From: an uncultured cyanobacterium
Lineage (GTDB): Bacteria > Cyanobacteriota > Cyanobacteriia > Leptolyngbyales > Leptolyngbyaceae
Length of the DNA: 34,350 bases
Reading direction: 5' to 3'
NCBI GenBank assembly: GCA_963766075.1
Contig: CAVYAN010000027.1
Coordinates: forward strand, 1 to 34,350
Made by a program: the position numbers and the translations under genes. Of the stretch, positions 1 to 10,422 are shown piece after piece. Position 1 is the first letter of the stretch, and each line of letters begins with the position of its first letter. The notes below the pieces were generated by a model, which was given only the letters and a program-made list of their open reading frames with translations, had not been told where the DNA came from and ran no database searches.

Positions 1-78
1 CTGCGATCGCTACCATAGAAGCAGGCCGACTCCTAGCTGACCGCTACCGGCTACTCGCTGACGGCTCTACTCCCACCC

Positions 79-1651
79 ATGCTGATTGATGCCGATCTTT
101 TGCTGAACTATCAACGCTGCCATCGACGGGCGTTTCTGGATACCTACGGCGATTTAAACCGGCGGGATCCCCCCAACGACTACCTACTCAAACTGATGCA
201 GGACAGCCACCTGAACCAGCAGTCGGTTTTAGGGCAGCAAGACTATCGCAAACCCAAGGTCCCCCAGGGCGACTGGGCCGCTGGTGCCCAAGCCACCCTG
301 GAACTGATGCAACAAGGCGTTGATCGGATCTTCCAAGGTATCCTGTTAACCACCCTTGATGACGGCACTACCCTGCTCAGCCGCCCCGACTTATTAACCA
401 AAGCGACTGGACAGTCGCTTTTTGGAGACTGGGTTTACGTCCCCACTGAAATTAAGCTGGGCAAACGTCCCAAGCTAGAATACCAAATCATCACCGCCTA
501 CCACACCTACGTGCTCGCCCATGTGCAGGGGGCTTGGTCCGAAACGGCGTGGTTAGCGCTACGAGAGCGGGGAGACTATGAGGTCGATCTCTGGGAGATG
601 CTCCCCCGCATGCAGGGCCTGCTGATGGACTGTCTCCAGATGCTGCGCCAGGTTGAAGAGCCGGAGGTCTTCATTTCCCGAAGCCGCTGTAGTTTATGCC
701 ATTGGTTTAATCATTGCTATGCGATCGCCAAAACCGACCAACACCTTTCCCTATTACCGGGAGTCACGGCAGCCCGCTACATCCACCTGCAGCCGCTGCA
801 ACTCACCACCGTCAAAGCCCTAGCCGAAGTCCCTCCCACTCAACTGGAACCCCTCCCCGGCTTCGGCCCTGACGCCACCCACAAGCTGATCCGGCAAGCC
901 CGCGCCACCCTGCACAACCAGGCCATCTTGATTGACCCGGCCCCACTACAAATCGCCGTTGCCCACCTAACCGATGCCCCCTCTCCAGAAGCCCTAGCCC
1001 GCGAACACCGTTTCCCCACGCCAGCACCGTTTCCCCCGGCCCCGGCCCTGCCGCCAACCCCACGCTACCGACCTCCGGGATCCTTTCCGATTGAACTGTA
1101 CTTTGATATTGAAGCCGAGCCCGCCCTCAACCTGATTTATCTCCACGGTGTCCTCGTCGTCGATCGCCTCACGCGCACCCAAACCTTCTACCCCTTACTG
1201 GCAGAGCGTCCCGAAGACGAAAATCGCGTGTGGCAGCAATTTTTGGACCTGGTCTGGGGTTATCCAGAAGCGCCCATCTTTCACTTCTGTCCCTTTGAGG
1301 TGCAAACTGTCCAGCGACTCGCCCAACTCTATAAGACTCCCTACGAGCGGGTTCAGCCATTGCTGACCCGCTTTGTTGATCTCCATGATATTCCTCACCC
1401 GCACAGTTACCCTGCCGGTAGAAAGCTATGCGCTGAAGCAAATTGCCCGTTGGATGGGGTTTGATTGGCGCGACTCCACCGCAAACGGCGCACAATCCAT
1501 TTACTGGTATGCCCAGTGGTTACAAACAGGCGATCGCGCCTATCTCGACTCCATCCTGATCTACAACGAAGATGATTGTCGGGCCACGCATCACATCAAA
1601 GAATGGCTCGTAGCCTTTCTGCAGGCTGAATATTCCGCCGCCCGCGCGTAA
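79..1651 (+). CDS. TM0106-family RecB-like putative nuclease with C-terminal RNase H-like domain; one frameshift near 1385-1395
   Basis: ORF 79-1464 has RPDLL...EIKLG (PD-(D/E)xK-like), CSLCHW and YFDIEA. The family C-terminus (LPVESYALKQIA...YNEDDCRAT) continues in a second frame to 1651. Confidence 0.8.
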
Positions 1652-1799
1652 ATTTACGGACAGGACTCCCAGAAATACGCAGGCGATCGCCCCTGCTTCA
1701 AAATCACCGCGACCTGATTCCGTAAAATCACTGCAAGCTTTTTAGGGACAGCCCAGTAGCCTGAGGATAAATTCCCCATTTAGCTTGATCAGAAGTGCT

Positions 1800-4724
1800 A
1801 TGCCATTATCCCTAAAATCGGTTGCCTGCCACCGGGTTGCGTTCGCGATTGCTACAACCTCCACACTGGTGGAAACCCTGCTGGGGTGGGGACTGTCTGC
1901 CCCGCTCCATGCGCAAACCCCACCACCGTCAGCAACCCCTGCCCCACCATCCGCTGGCAGGTTGTCCGCAGCTAATCTCAAGGTATTGCCCCGATTAGGG
2001 ATTGGCCATACCAGTTCTGGCGGTGGCTTTGATGGCTTCACTCGCTTCGAGGGATTTGTTCCACTCCATCAGGTGCCAGGACAGGATCTCCTGTTTCTGG
2101 AAACCAAGTTCCTCCTGGATAATGAGGCCAATGCGGGGGGCAATTTACTGCTGGGCTATCGCGCCCTTAGTCCCACAGGGAAGCATCTTTGGGGCGGCTA
2201 CCTCGCCTTCGATCATCGCGATACGGGGAATCACACCTTTTCTCAACTGGGCCTAGGTGTGGAGCACTTGGGCACCTGGGATTTCCGGGCGAATGCCTAT
2301 CTACCCCTGGGCGATCGCCGTCAAATCACCAGCGAACAAAGTCTGAATGGTTCCACCCTCCAAATCACAGACTTGCGCTTTCAGGGCAACTTTCTGCTCA
2401 CCACAGGCCAGCAGCAAACCCAATCCATCCGACAAGTGGAAGCCGCCCTCGGTGGTTTTGATCTCGAACTAGGGACAAAACTCGCCGCCCTGGGCAAAAC
2501 GGGCGACCTGCGCGGCTATGGCGGGCTGTACTACTACAATGCCCCCGGTAGCGACGGCGCGTTAGGTTGGCGCATCCGCTTAGCCGCCCGTCCCACGGAC
2601 ACCCTAACGCTAGGCATGGCGTTGCAGGATGATGGCCGCTTCGGTACCGTTTTTCAGGTCAACCTCGGCATCACATTCCCCGGCTCCCACCCCCAAGGCG
2701 CGGCTCCGGACAGTCTCCTCGCCCGCCTAGGAGAATCCACAGCCCGCACAGGCACCGTGGTGGTCGATCGCCAAACCGAGGTCGTAACCCAAAGCACGGC
2801 ATTTGCCGATGCACCCTTGCTCAATGCCGCCACGGGCCAACCCTATCTGTTCCAGCATCTGGCCCCTGGCACCTCCGGTGGCAATGGGACGATCGAGAGT
2901 CCCTTTGGCCAAATGCAACTCGCCCTGAACGCCACCCGTTCCGATGGCAACAGCATTGTCTATGTCCAAGGCAGCAATGCCGTGATTCCGGCCTTCACCA
3001 TTCCCGCCGCGGTGCAAGTGCTGTCCAGTGGTCCTGTGCAAACCTTAGCCTCCCTGGATCGCGGCAGCGTCCAAATTCCGAACTCCGGGGGGGGCGTATT
3101 TCCGGCGATCGCGGGCACCGTAATTCTAAATAACAACACCGTCCTATCTGGCTTCACCCTCGCCAGCACCACTGGCCCAGCGATCACAGGAAACGGCATT
3201 GGCACCACAACCATTCGCCAAAACCGCATCACCAGCGCCCAAGACCAAGGCATCGCCCTGCAAAACCTCACGGCAGGCACCATCACCATTACGGACAACA
3301 CGATCAGTACCATCCAGGGGGGCAGCATCTTTGCCCCCCCCATTCCCCTCCCAGGCTTAGGAACAGACTTCACCATTCCCGGTCCCGGCGGCAGCCTCAC
3401 CTTTTCGATTCCTGCGGCCATTCCCCTGCCCACGGGCCAAGGCATCGCTTTGAACGGCAGTCCCGGCCAAGTCAACATCCTGCGGAATGCGATCGCCAAT
3501 ACCACCAGCCAAGGGATCGTCATCCTCTCGCCCAGCGGGACCGTCACCCTGCAAGACAACACTCTGCGTAACACAATCGGCACCCCATCCCCCGTAACCG
3601 TTCTGGGTAGTCCGGTCCTAGTCCCCGCCGGACAAGGAATCATCATCGCCAACGCCAGCGGCCCCTTGAACCTCAACCGCAACACCTTAGACACCCTCAA
3701 CGGTCAAGGCATTGTCATTGCCGGATCGACCGCACCCACCACGATTGACTTCACCACCATCAATCGGGCCAGCGATCAGGGCATTCTGCTGAATGGCATC
3801 GGCGGGACAGTGGATGTGAATAGCAACAGCATCACCAACACCGCGCGACGCGCCACAGACATCACCGTCCCCACCCTAGGCACAGTGCCCCTATATACCG
3901 GCCAGGGAATTGCGATCGTTGGCGTCACAGGTAATGCCAGCGACTTCACCCTGCGCAACAACACCATCTCCGGCACCGAAGGCTTTACCAGCACAATCCC
4001 CATTCCACCCTCCAGTGGGCAGGGGGTGTTCGTTGCCCTCAACAGTGGCCAAACCCGCATCACCCTGACGAATAATCAAGTCCGCAACAACTTTGACGAC
4101 GGCATGGTATTCGGCTTTACGGGCACCAGTCAAGCCAGCCTTACGATTAACGGCAACACAATTGAAGGGAATGGCGGCATCCCAGTGCGGGGAGATGGCA
4201 TTGCTATTGCCCTCGAAGACAGCGCCATTCTCAACACCCTCTTGATTGAGAACAATACCATCCGCACCAATGGCGACGAAGGCATTGATATTCGCCTGGG
4301 CATTCTCCCCTTCACCCCCGCCACGGCCCAAGTCATAGGCACCATCCGCAATAACACCATTACCGGCAACGCTCAAAATGGCATTCAGTTGCAAACCTTT
4401 GACGGCGCGCAAGCAAATCTTACGATTACGGGCAACACTCTGACCAGCAACGGCTTCCGGGGGATTGATCTGGCTACGTTTGACACGGGCCGCATCTCTG
4501 CCGACGTTCGGCTCAATACCTTTACGGGCAATGCCACCCCCGGTTTACGGACGGTCAGCTTTGCAAATACCTCAACGCTCTGTGTCAATCTCACAGGCAA
4601 TACCAGCAATACAGGCTATCAGTTGGGCGCAGGCACACAGGTGGTTAATCTCCCCGGCGTGACGACAGCCAATACAGGCACAGTAACGGCAGCAGGGGCG
4701 ACTAACGTCCCGATCTGCCCCTAG
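1800..4724 (+). CDS. Large outer-membrane/surface protein: N-terminal inverse-autotransporter-like beta-barrel followed by right-handed parallel beta-helix repeats
   Basis: Signal-like N-terminus (..PLHAQT); barrel motifs GNLLLGYR, GGYLAFDHRDT, FSQLGLGVE, WDFRANAYLPLG; repeated 'NTI...GQGI' beta-helix units. ATG at 1800 preferred over TTG at 1785. Confidence 0.7.
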   Translation: MPLSLKSVACHRVAFAIATTSTLVETLLGWGLSAPLHAQTPPPSATPAPPSAGRLSAANLKVLPRLGIGHTSSGGGFDGFTRFEGFVPLHQVPGQDLLFLETKFLLDNEANAGGNLLLGYRALSPTGKHLWGGYLAFDHRDTGNHTFSQLGLGVEHLGTWDFRANAYLPLGDRRQITSEQSLNGSTLQITDLRFQGNFLLTTGQQQTQSIRQVEAALGGFDLELGTKLAALGKTGDLRGYGGLYYYNAPGSDGALGWRIRLAARPTDTLTLGMALQDDGRFGTVFQVNLGITFPGSHPQGAAPDSLLARLGESTARTGTVVVDRQTEVVTQSTAFADAPLLNAATGQPYLFQHLAPGTSGGNGTIESPFGQMQLALNATRSDGNSIVYVQGSNAVIPAFTIPAAVQVLSSGPVQTLASLDRGSVQIPNSGGGVFPAIAGTVILNNNTVLSGFTLASTTGPAITGNGIGTTTIRQNRITSAQDQGIALQNLTAGTITITDNTISTIQGGSIFAPPIPLPGLGTDFTIPGPGGSLTFSIPAAIPLPTGQGIALNGSPGQVNILRNAIANTTSQGIVILSPSGTVTLQDNTLRNTIGTPSPVTVLGSPVLVPAGQGIIIANASGPLNLNRNTLDTLNGQGIVIAGSTAPTTIDFTTINRASDQGILLNGIGGTVDVNSNSITNTARRATDITVPTLGTVPLYTGQGIAIVGVTGNASDFTLRNNTISGTEGFTSTIPIPPSSGQGVFVALNSGQTRITLTNNQVRNNFDDGMVFGFTGTSQASLTINGNTIEGNGGIPVRGDGIAIALEDSAILNTLLIENNTIRTNGDEGIDIRLGILPFTPATAQVIGTIRNNTITGNAQNGIQLQTFDGAQANLTITGNTLTSNGFRGIDLATFDTGRISADVRLNTFTGNATPGLRTVSFANTSTLCVNLTGNTSNTGYQLGAGTQVVNLPGVTTANTGTVTAAGATNVPICP

Positions 4725-4836
4725 CCGGTTGGTTTTGCGGTTTTGCATCTAGGGTTAACCGACTACTTTGTGCCCAGGGTGACCTATAGGGTTGGGAGTA
4801 GAGGGTTTAGACTAGGAGTAAAGGGGCAGCCTACCT

Positions 4837-5745
4837 ATGACTGTTCGTAAAGACACGCTATTTGAGCGGTTTCTGGCCCCCATAGTCAACACTTTTCTCA
4901 TCGACCAAGCCGCCCTCAAGCGACTGGCAGAGAGTATCGACTGGAACACCGAAACCCACCGCCTGACGGATCCACGCTTGGTCTATCCCGATTACTACAG
5001 CGGGCAAAACTTCCACGGCATTGCCGGAGGCTACCTCACCATCACCGCTGCTGTCACCTACGATCCCATTACTCAGTACGCGCTGCCACCGGGGGAGGCC
5101 CTCGTCCGCCAAGGGTTGATCGATCGCATCAACACCCACCCCCGCCGCATCCTCGATCTCGGCTGTGGTACCGGATCGATGACCCTGCTGCTCCAGCAAC
5201 GGTTTCCCCAGGCCACCGTAATCGGTCTCGATCTATCGCCTCACATGCTGGTGATGGCAACCCATAAAGCCGCTGCAAGGGCACAGTCGTCCAGCCCACC
5301 CCCACCTACCGCAATGCAACCTCCTGCCATTCAGTGGCGACATGGCAACGCTGAACATACCGGTTTGCCTCCGGCTTGCTGTGACTTAATCACCGTCGCC
5401 CTGCTGCTTCATGAAACCCCACCCACCGTGGCCCAAGCGATTCTGCGCGAAGCCTACCGCCTCCTGACTCCCGGAGGAGAACTTCTCATCCTAGACGGGC
5501 ACCAAGCCATCCTGCGTCAAGCGACGTGGCTGACTGATATTTTTGAAGAACCCTATATTCAGGACTATGCCGAGGGCAGCGTAGCCGCTTGGATGGGAGC
5601 CGCTGGCTTTGGAGAAGTGCGATCGCACGACCACTACATCCTGCACCAAATCACCCAAGGGGTCAAACCTCTCCCCCACCAGTCATCCAGCCACCCATAC
5701 CCCGGCGAATGGCCCAGGGAGTCCGGCCCCTGGGTAACCGCCTAG
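4837..5745 (+). CDS. Class I SAM-dependent methyltransferase
   Basis: Motif I ILDLGCGTG, GLDLSPHML, LLLHETP, LTPGGELLILD. Confidence 0.9.
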   Translation: MTVRKDTLFERFLAPIVNTFLIDQAALKRLAESIDWNTETHRLTDPRLVYPDYYSGQNFHGIAGGYLTITAAVTYDPITQYALPPGEALVRQGLIDRINTHPRRILDLGCGTGSMTLLLQQRFPQATVIGLDLSPHMLVMATHKAAARAQSSSPPPPTAMQPPAIQWRHGNAEHTGLPPACCDLITVALLLHETPPTVAQAILREAYRLLTPGGELLILDGHQAILRQATWLTDIFEEPYIQDYAEGSVAAWMGAAGFGEVRSHDHYILHQITQGVKPLPHQSSSHPYPGEWPRESGPWVTA

Positions 5746-5746
5746 A

Positions 5747-5788
5747 CCACAGCCTAGAAACCACAGCCTAGAAACCGTAGACTAGAAA
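5747..5788. repeat. 14-bp tandem repeat x3 (CCACAGCCTAGAAA x2 plus one degenerate copy)
   Basis: Read directly, immediately after the methyltransferase stop codon. Confidence 0.85.
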
Positions 5789-5868
5789 AAGTGGCATCTA
5801 TAGGGTATGAGTTAAAGAGTATGCATTAAAGAGCACAGATGAACCCGTGCTCCGAAGGGGGTAGCAGT

Positions 5869-6576
5869 ATGCTCAAGGCTGTCCTGTTTGACTTCAATGG
5901 CGTGATTATTAATGACGAGGCCCTCCATGATCAATTGCTGGAACAGCTTTTGATCGAGGAAAACCTGCGTCCCAAGCCAGGAGAGTTTCGAGAGCTTTGT
6001 CTGGGCCGCAGCGATCGCGCCTGTATTCAGGATCTATTAGCCGCCCGAGGCCGCATCATCACCAATGACTACCTAGACAGCCTGATCATCCGCAAGGCCA
6101 AAGCCTACGCCCTACAACTCAATGCCTTGGAAACGTTGCCCATCTACCCCGGTTTAGATGACTTAATCTTCCGGCTGCGATCGGCTCAGATCAAACTGGC
6201 CATCGTCAGCGGAGCGCTGCAATCAGAAATTGAGCAGGTCCTAGGCCGAGCCGAATTGCGCCAATACTTTACCGTGATCGTTGGCGGTGACGACAAGCTG
6301 CCCAGCAAACCCGCCCCCGACAGTTACCTCACCGCTATCGAGCGCCTTAACCAGGTTGATCCCACCCTCCATCTTCAGCCGTGGGAATGTTTGGCGATTG
6401 AAGACACCTTTGCCGGGATCGATGCCGCCAAACTCGCGGGTATCCCCGTCGTCGGCGTTGCTAATTCCTATCCCTTTCACATGCTGCAACGCCGCGCTAA
6501 CTGGACCGTAGATTATCTCTCAGACCTAGAACTCGATCGCATCCAAGACCTGTACACAACACCCAGAGCCAGCTAA
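5869..6576 (+). CDS. HAD-family phosphatase
   Basis: Motif I LFDFNGVI, SKPAPD, AIEDTFAGIDAA. Probable start at MLKAVLFD. Confidence 0.9.
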   Translation: MLKAVLFDFNGVIINDEALHDQLLEQLLIEENLRPKPGEFRELCLGRSDRACIQDLLAARGRIITNDYLDSLIIRKAKAYALQLNALETLPIYPGLDDLIFRLRSAQIKLAIVSGALQSEIEQVLGRAELRQYFTVIVGGDDKLPSKPAPDSYLTAIERLNQVDPTLHLQPWECLAIEDTFAGIDAAKLAGIPVVGVANSYPFHMLQRRANWTVDYLSDLELDRIQDLYTTPRAS

Positions 6577-6683
6577 TCCAATGTCTTCGGGTTAAAAAGA
6601 ACAAAACCTAAACATTGAAATTGAACTTCCCTTTCACAGTTCGTGATAGGGTCAATTAGTTGTTTGCTATAGAGAAAAGACTC

Positions 6684-6905
6684 ATGGACGAGCTAATTAG
6701 TCAAATCACGAGCCGCACCGGGATTTCTCAGGAACAGGCCCAGCAAGCGGTTGAAATGGTTATGGGATTCGCCAAATCCAAGCTGCCCGAACCCCTCGCC
6801 TCCCAAATTGATGGCCTGATGGGCAGTGGCGGCGGTAGCGGAGACATGCTGGGCCAAGTTCAAGATCAATTGGGCAACCTCGGCGGCCTGTTTGGTGGCA
6901 AATAG
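6684..6905 (+). CDS. Small conserved hypothetical protein (DUF2267-like helical protein)
   Basis: MDELISQITSRTGISQEQAQQAVEMVMGFAKSKLPEPLASQID...GGLFGGK; purine-rich segment before the ATG. Confidence 0.65.
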   Translation: MDELISQITSRTGISQEQAQQAVEMVMGFAKSKLPEPLASQIDGLMGSGGGSGDMLGQVQDQLGNLGGLFGGK

Positions 6906-7001
6906 TCAACCGCCAACTACCGCGATCGAACCCGAGGAGAACATGCTGAAATGGAGGAGAGGCGATCGCCTCTCCTCCATTTCACCCCGCCTGCCGCACC
7001 C

Positions 7002-7418
7002 ATGTCCCTCACCGCCTGCGTTCAAGCCCTCCACCTTGGCCAAATCCAGCGCCACATTTTCCTCTGCGCTGACCAAACCAAACCCAAATGCTGCGACAAA
7101 GCCGACAGCATCATCGCCTGGGATTACCTCAAAAGCCGCCTGAAAGAGCTCAATCTGGACCAACCCACAGCCACCCGACCGGACTGCATCTTTCGCACCA
7201 AAGCCAACTGCCTACGGGTCTGCGCCGAGGGGCCGATTCTCGTCGTTTATCCGGACGGCGTCTGGTACCGTAACGCCACCCCTGAAGTGATTGAACGCAT
7301 CATTCAGGAACATTTGATCGGGGGTCAGGTGGTTGAAGAGTACGCCTTTCTAGTGCACCCCCTCCCCCCGACCCCGCAGGATATAGCCACCATAGCCACT
7401 CACCCGCTCGTTCCTTAA
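7002..7418 (+). CDS. Thioredoxin-like (2Fe-2S) ferredoxin
   Basis: [42 protein letters not shown]. Start could also be 6951. Confidence 0.88.
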   Translation: MSLTACVQALHLGQIQRHIFLCADQTKPKCCDKADSIIAWDYLKSRLKELNLDQPTATRPDCIFRTKANCLRVCAEGPILVVYPDGVWYRNATPEVIERIIQEHLIGGQVVEEYAFLVHPLPPTPQDIATIATHPLVP

Positions 7419-8002
7419 AATCTCCACGAAGCGCCAGCCAGTGCAATTGGAAAGACCTAAAATCTGCCCCCAGAGAAATTTACCCTTGCAGAAAGTCTAC
7501 CAACGAACCCTAATCCGTCAGGGTCGCGATCGCTACAGGTCAGGTAATATCCGCAGCTTCCCCCTGTAATTCCCGATCCCCTATGTCCGAAAGATTGCTA
7601 ATTTCTCCGTGAAAACTCGAAGCTTTTGCCCGTACCATTTCCGCGCAGAGACTATATAATAACCCAGAGCATCCAGATTCTGAATTAAGAATCCTTACTC
7701 ACGGAGACTGCACCTGTTTGAGTCGGCAGATGTCCTTATTGAGATGCAGCATTGGAGGTGGGGCGAGAACTCAGGAAATTCTCGGAGGCTAGTTATAATC
7801 CGTTAGAATGCGTTTTCGTTTGTCATCAGGCAATGCGCGATCGTCTAAGCTTTCGTCTCCTGGCATTCCCCCCTCCCGTTAACGTTTCATCATATTTTGC
7901 TGGATACATTCTGCTTGATACATTGAACCGTTGGCATCTCAGTCTTCGCGCAGATCGTCTTCCCCCAGACATTGACATTCAGGATGAGTTGAGTAGCACA
8001 CC

Positions 8003-8653
8003 ATGAAGGACACCAGCGTAGGAAATCATCGGCGATTGCTGCTTATCGATGATGACCCCAATCTGATTCTTTTAGTAAAGGATTACCTTGAGTTTCGGGG
8101 TTATGAGGTCGTAACAGCAGAAAATGGTCGCGAAGCATTAGAGGTCCTGGACAAAGACATTCCAGACATGATTATTTGCGATGTCATGATGCCTGAAATG
8201 GACGGCTACTCCTTGGTTAAACATGTGCGGGAAGACCCCCGGACCAATTGGGTCCCAGTCCTCTTCCTCTCCGCCAAGGGCCAAAGTCAAGATCGGGTCA
8301 AAGGGTTGAATACTGGCGCGGATGTCTACATGGTCAAGCCCTTTGAACCCGAAGAGCTGGTGGCACAAGTTGAGTCTTCCTTGAAGCAAGCCGCCCGCAT
8401 TGCCGAGCGTCCGGGCAAGTCTACGGGGGACAGCGGACCCAAAATTCAAGTTCCGTTTGATGTAGAGTTAACCCCCACCGAACTGCGGGTGGTGCAGTAT
8501 GTGGCCCGAGGAATGGCAAACCGCGAAATTGCCGATGAACTCAACGTGAGCCAACGCACAATTGAAAGTCACGTTAGCAATATGCTGGGCAAAACAGGAT
8601 TGCATAATCGGACTGAGTTAGCTCGCTGGGCGATTGAAAATAGTATGGCCTAG
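8003..8653 (+). CDS. rre1: NarL/LuxR-family response regulator (Rre1/Ycf29 type)
   Basis: Receiver LLLIDDDPNLILLVKDYLE...CDVMMPEMDG and LuxR HTH LTPTE...GMANREIA...RTIESHVSNML; matches my recollection of the conserved cyanobacterial Rre1. Confidence 0.8.
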   Translation: MKDTSVGNHRRLLLIDDDPNLILLVKDYLEFRGYEVVTAENGREALEVLDKDIPDMIICDVMMPEMDGYSLVKHVREDPRTNWVPVLFLSAKGQSQDRVKGLNTGADVYMVKPFEPEELVAQVESSLKQAARIAERPGKSTGDSGPKIQVPFDVELTPTELRVVQYVARGMANREIADELNVSQRTIESHVSNMLGKTGLHNRTELARWAIENSMA

Positions 8654-8816
8654 GTGCAAGGGCCAGGTTGGAGTTTATTGATCCGCCATGTCGTTACGGC
8701 GTGAGTCTTTAAGCTGGATCTGGCCGATCGCACCGAATTCAAATTTCTATCTATCTCATCGGGCAAGAAATTTGTTATGATCTGTAATCGACATCTCTTG
8801 CAACGAGAGATTTATT

Positions 8817-8889
8817 GCTGGTGTAGCTCAGTTGGTAGAGCAGCTGATTTGTAATCAGCCGGTCGCAAGTTCGAGTCTTGTCACCAGCT
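8817..8889 (+). tRNA. trnT: tRNA-Thr(TGT)
   Basis: Acceptor GCTGGTG/CACCAGC, D arm GCTCAGTTGGTAGAGC, anticodon arm GCTGA-TTTGTAA-TCAGC, T loop GTTCGAGTC; CCA not encoded. Confidence 0.97.
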
Positions 8890-8955
8890 TTCACTCAAAA
8901 TTTCCTGCAATTCCCTGGCTGTAGGGTCGTAGCCTTGATGTCGCCACTGCGGAAA

Positions 8956-8993
8956 TCCAGACTCAACCTCCATGTCCAGACTTAACCTCCATG
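8956..8993. repeat. 19-bp tandem duplication TCCAGACTYAACCTCCATG covering the thiE start codon
   Basis: Two copies with one mismatch; each ends in ATG. Confidence 0.85.
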
Positions 8994-10085
8994 ACTGAAC
9001 GCTATGCCCAGCACCCTCAAGGGCGATTTACCCAAACCGCCCTCCACCGCATCCTGGATGTCAATCTAGACCGCGCCCGTGAAGGCGTCCGCATTTTAGA
9101 AGAGTGGTGTCGCTTTGCCCTAGACAGCGCCGAACTCACAGCCCTCTGCAAATCTCTGCGGCAGGACATTGCCCAGTGGCATCATCCCGAATTGCGCAGT
9201 GCCCGTGATACTCCCGGAGATGCCGGAACCACCCTCACCCATCCCCAAGAAGCCCAGCGCGATACTCTTCAGGCCGTCCTGCAAGCTAACCTGTGTCGCG
9301 TCGAGGAAGCCTTGCGCGTTTTGGAAGAATACGGCAAAGTTTACGATCCCGCCATGGGGGCCGCTTTCAAGCAAATGCGCTACCAGGTTTACACCTTGGA
9401 CAGTCAGATCCTGTCCTATCAGCGTCAGCAAACCCTGGACCAGGCACAACTTTACCTAGTGACTACACCCCAGGTCATCCCAGGCTCAACGGTGGTGGCA
9501 ACGGTGGAAGCAGCGCTCCAGGGCGGGGTGACACTGGTGCAGTATCGAGATAAGGATGCTGATGATAGCCTACGACTGCAGACGGCTCAGGTCCTTTGCC
9601 AACTGTGCCGCACCTACGGCGCTCTATTTATTGTCAACGATCGCGTTGATCTGGCCCTCGCCGTCGATGCGGATGGCGTCCACCTAGGGCAACAGGATAT
9701 TCCCATTGCCTTAGCGCGGCAACTTTTGGGCCCCCAGCGCCTCATTGGGCGATCGACCCATTGCCCTGAGGACTTGCACCGCGCGATCGCCGAAGGGGCA
9801 GACTACATTGGCGTCGGTCCCGTGTACGAAACCCCCACTAAAGCGGGAAGAATCGCAGTCGGACTAGAGTACGTCCAGTATGCCGCCACCCATGCCCCAG
9901 TACCGTGGTATGCGATCGGTGGCATTGATCTCGACAATCTTGCCGACGTCCGGAAAGCAGGCGCGAGACGGGTAGCTGTCGTGCGCGCAATCATGCAAGC
10001 CGAACAGCCCACCCTGATCACGCAATCCTTTCTGTCCCACCTCGCGTCATCTTCGTTAACGGCAGTTCCCCCTCTCTGCTCTTAA
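8991..10085 (+). CDS. thiE: Thiamine-phosphate synthase, cyanobacterial long form with N-terminal extension
   Basis: RILDVNLDRAREGVRILEEWCRF N-domain; VQYRDK, IVNDRVDLA, GVHLGQQD, GRSTH, YETPTK, AIGGI. Confidence 0.95.
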   Translation: MTERYAQHPQGRFTQTALHRILDVNLDRAREGVRILEEWCRFALDSAELTALCKSLRQDIAQWHHPELRSARDTPGDAGTTLTHPQEAQRDTLQAVLQANLCRVEEALRVLEEYGKVYDPAMGAAFKQMRYQVYTLDSQILSYQRQQTLDQAQLYLVTTPQVIPGSTVVATVEAALQGGVTLVQYRDKDADDSLRLQTAQVLCQLCRTYGALFIVNDRVDLALAVDADGVHLGQQDIPIALARQLLGPQRLIGRSTHCPEDLHRAIAEGADYIGVGPVYETPTKAGRIAVGLEYVQYAATHAPVPWYAIGGIDLDNLADVRKAGARRVAVVRAIMQAEQPTLITQSFLSHLASSSLTAVPPLCS

Positions 10086-10122
10086 AGAGCTTCACCTTTC
10101 TGCTCTTAAAGAGCTTTACCTT
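10075..10122. repeat. 24-bp tandem duplication, each unit containing the palindrome GCTCTT-A-AAGAGC
   Basis: TCTGCTCTTAAAGAGCTTYACCTT x2, spanning the thiE stop and the thiE-thiS spacer. Confidence 0.85.
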
Positions 10123-10126
10123 AAAG

Positions 10127-10339
10127 ATGTCCCCTGTGATCAGCTTACAAGTCAATGGCAAAGCGCAAACCTGCCCACCCGATACCACATTGCCCGATTT
10201 TCTTAGCCAGCTAGGACTCAATCCCCGCTTAGTTGCCGTAGAGTACAACGGCGAAATTTTGCACCGCCAATTCTGGGAGCAGACCCGCATCCAAACCGGC
10301 GATCGCCTCGAAGTCGTTACCATTGTGGGGGGCGGCTAG
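10127..10339 (+). CDS. thiS: Sulfur carrier protein ThiS
   Basis: LQVNG, LVAVEYNGEIL, GDRLEVVTIVGGG C-terminus; directly after thiE. Confidence 0.95.
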   Translation: MSPVISLQVNGKAQTCPPDTTLPDFLSQLGLNPRLVAVEYNGEILHRQFWEQTRIQTGDRLEVVTIVGGG

Positions 10340-10346
10340 TGCAATT

Positions 10347-10398
10347 AAAAAATAGAAGTGCAAAATTAAAAATTTTTAATTTTGCACTTCTATTTTTT
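10347..10398. terminator. Perfect 52-bp AT-rich palindrome between convergent thiS and ftsH; probable bidirectional terminator
   Basis: AAAAAATAGAAGTGCAAAATTAAAAA is followed with no spacer by its exact reverse complement. Confidence 0.65.
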
Positions 10399-10422
10399 GA
10401 GTCTAATTTTTAATCCCGTCCC

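Noticed and set aside
7419..8002. Long leader of rre1 as an sRNA or small ORF (7752-8006)
   Set aside because: No recognisable structure or protein motif; probably a promoter and UTR region.
8817..8889. tRNA-Thr as the integration site of the island
   Set aside because: It is flanked by core genes, lies over 7 kb from the island, and I saw no duplicated tRNA 3' end.
8890..8990. TPP riboswitch upstream of thiE
   Set aside because: The conserved CTGAGA and CGTAGGGA-type motifs are not present.
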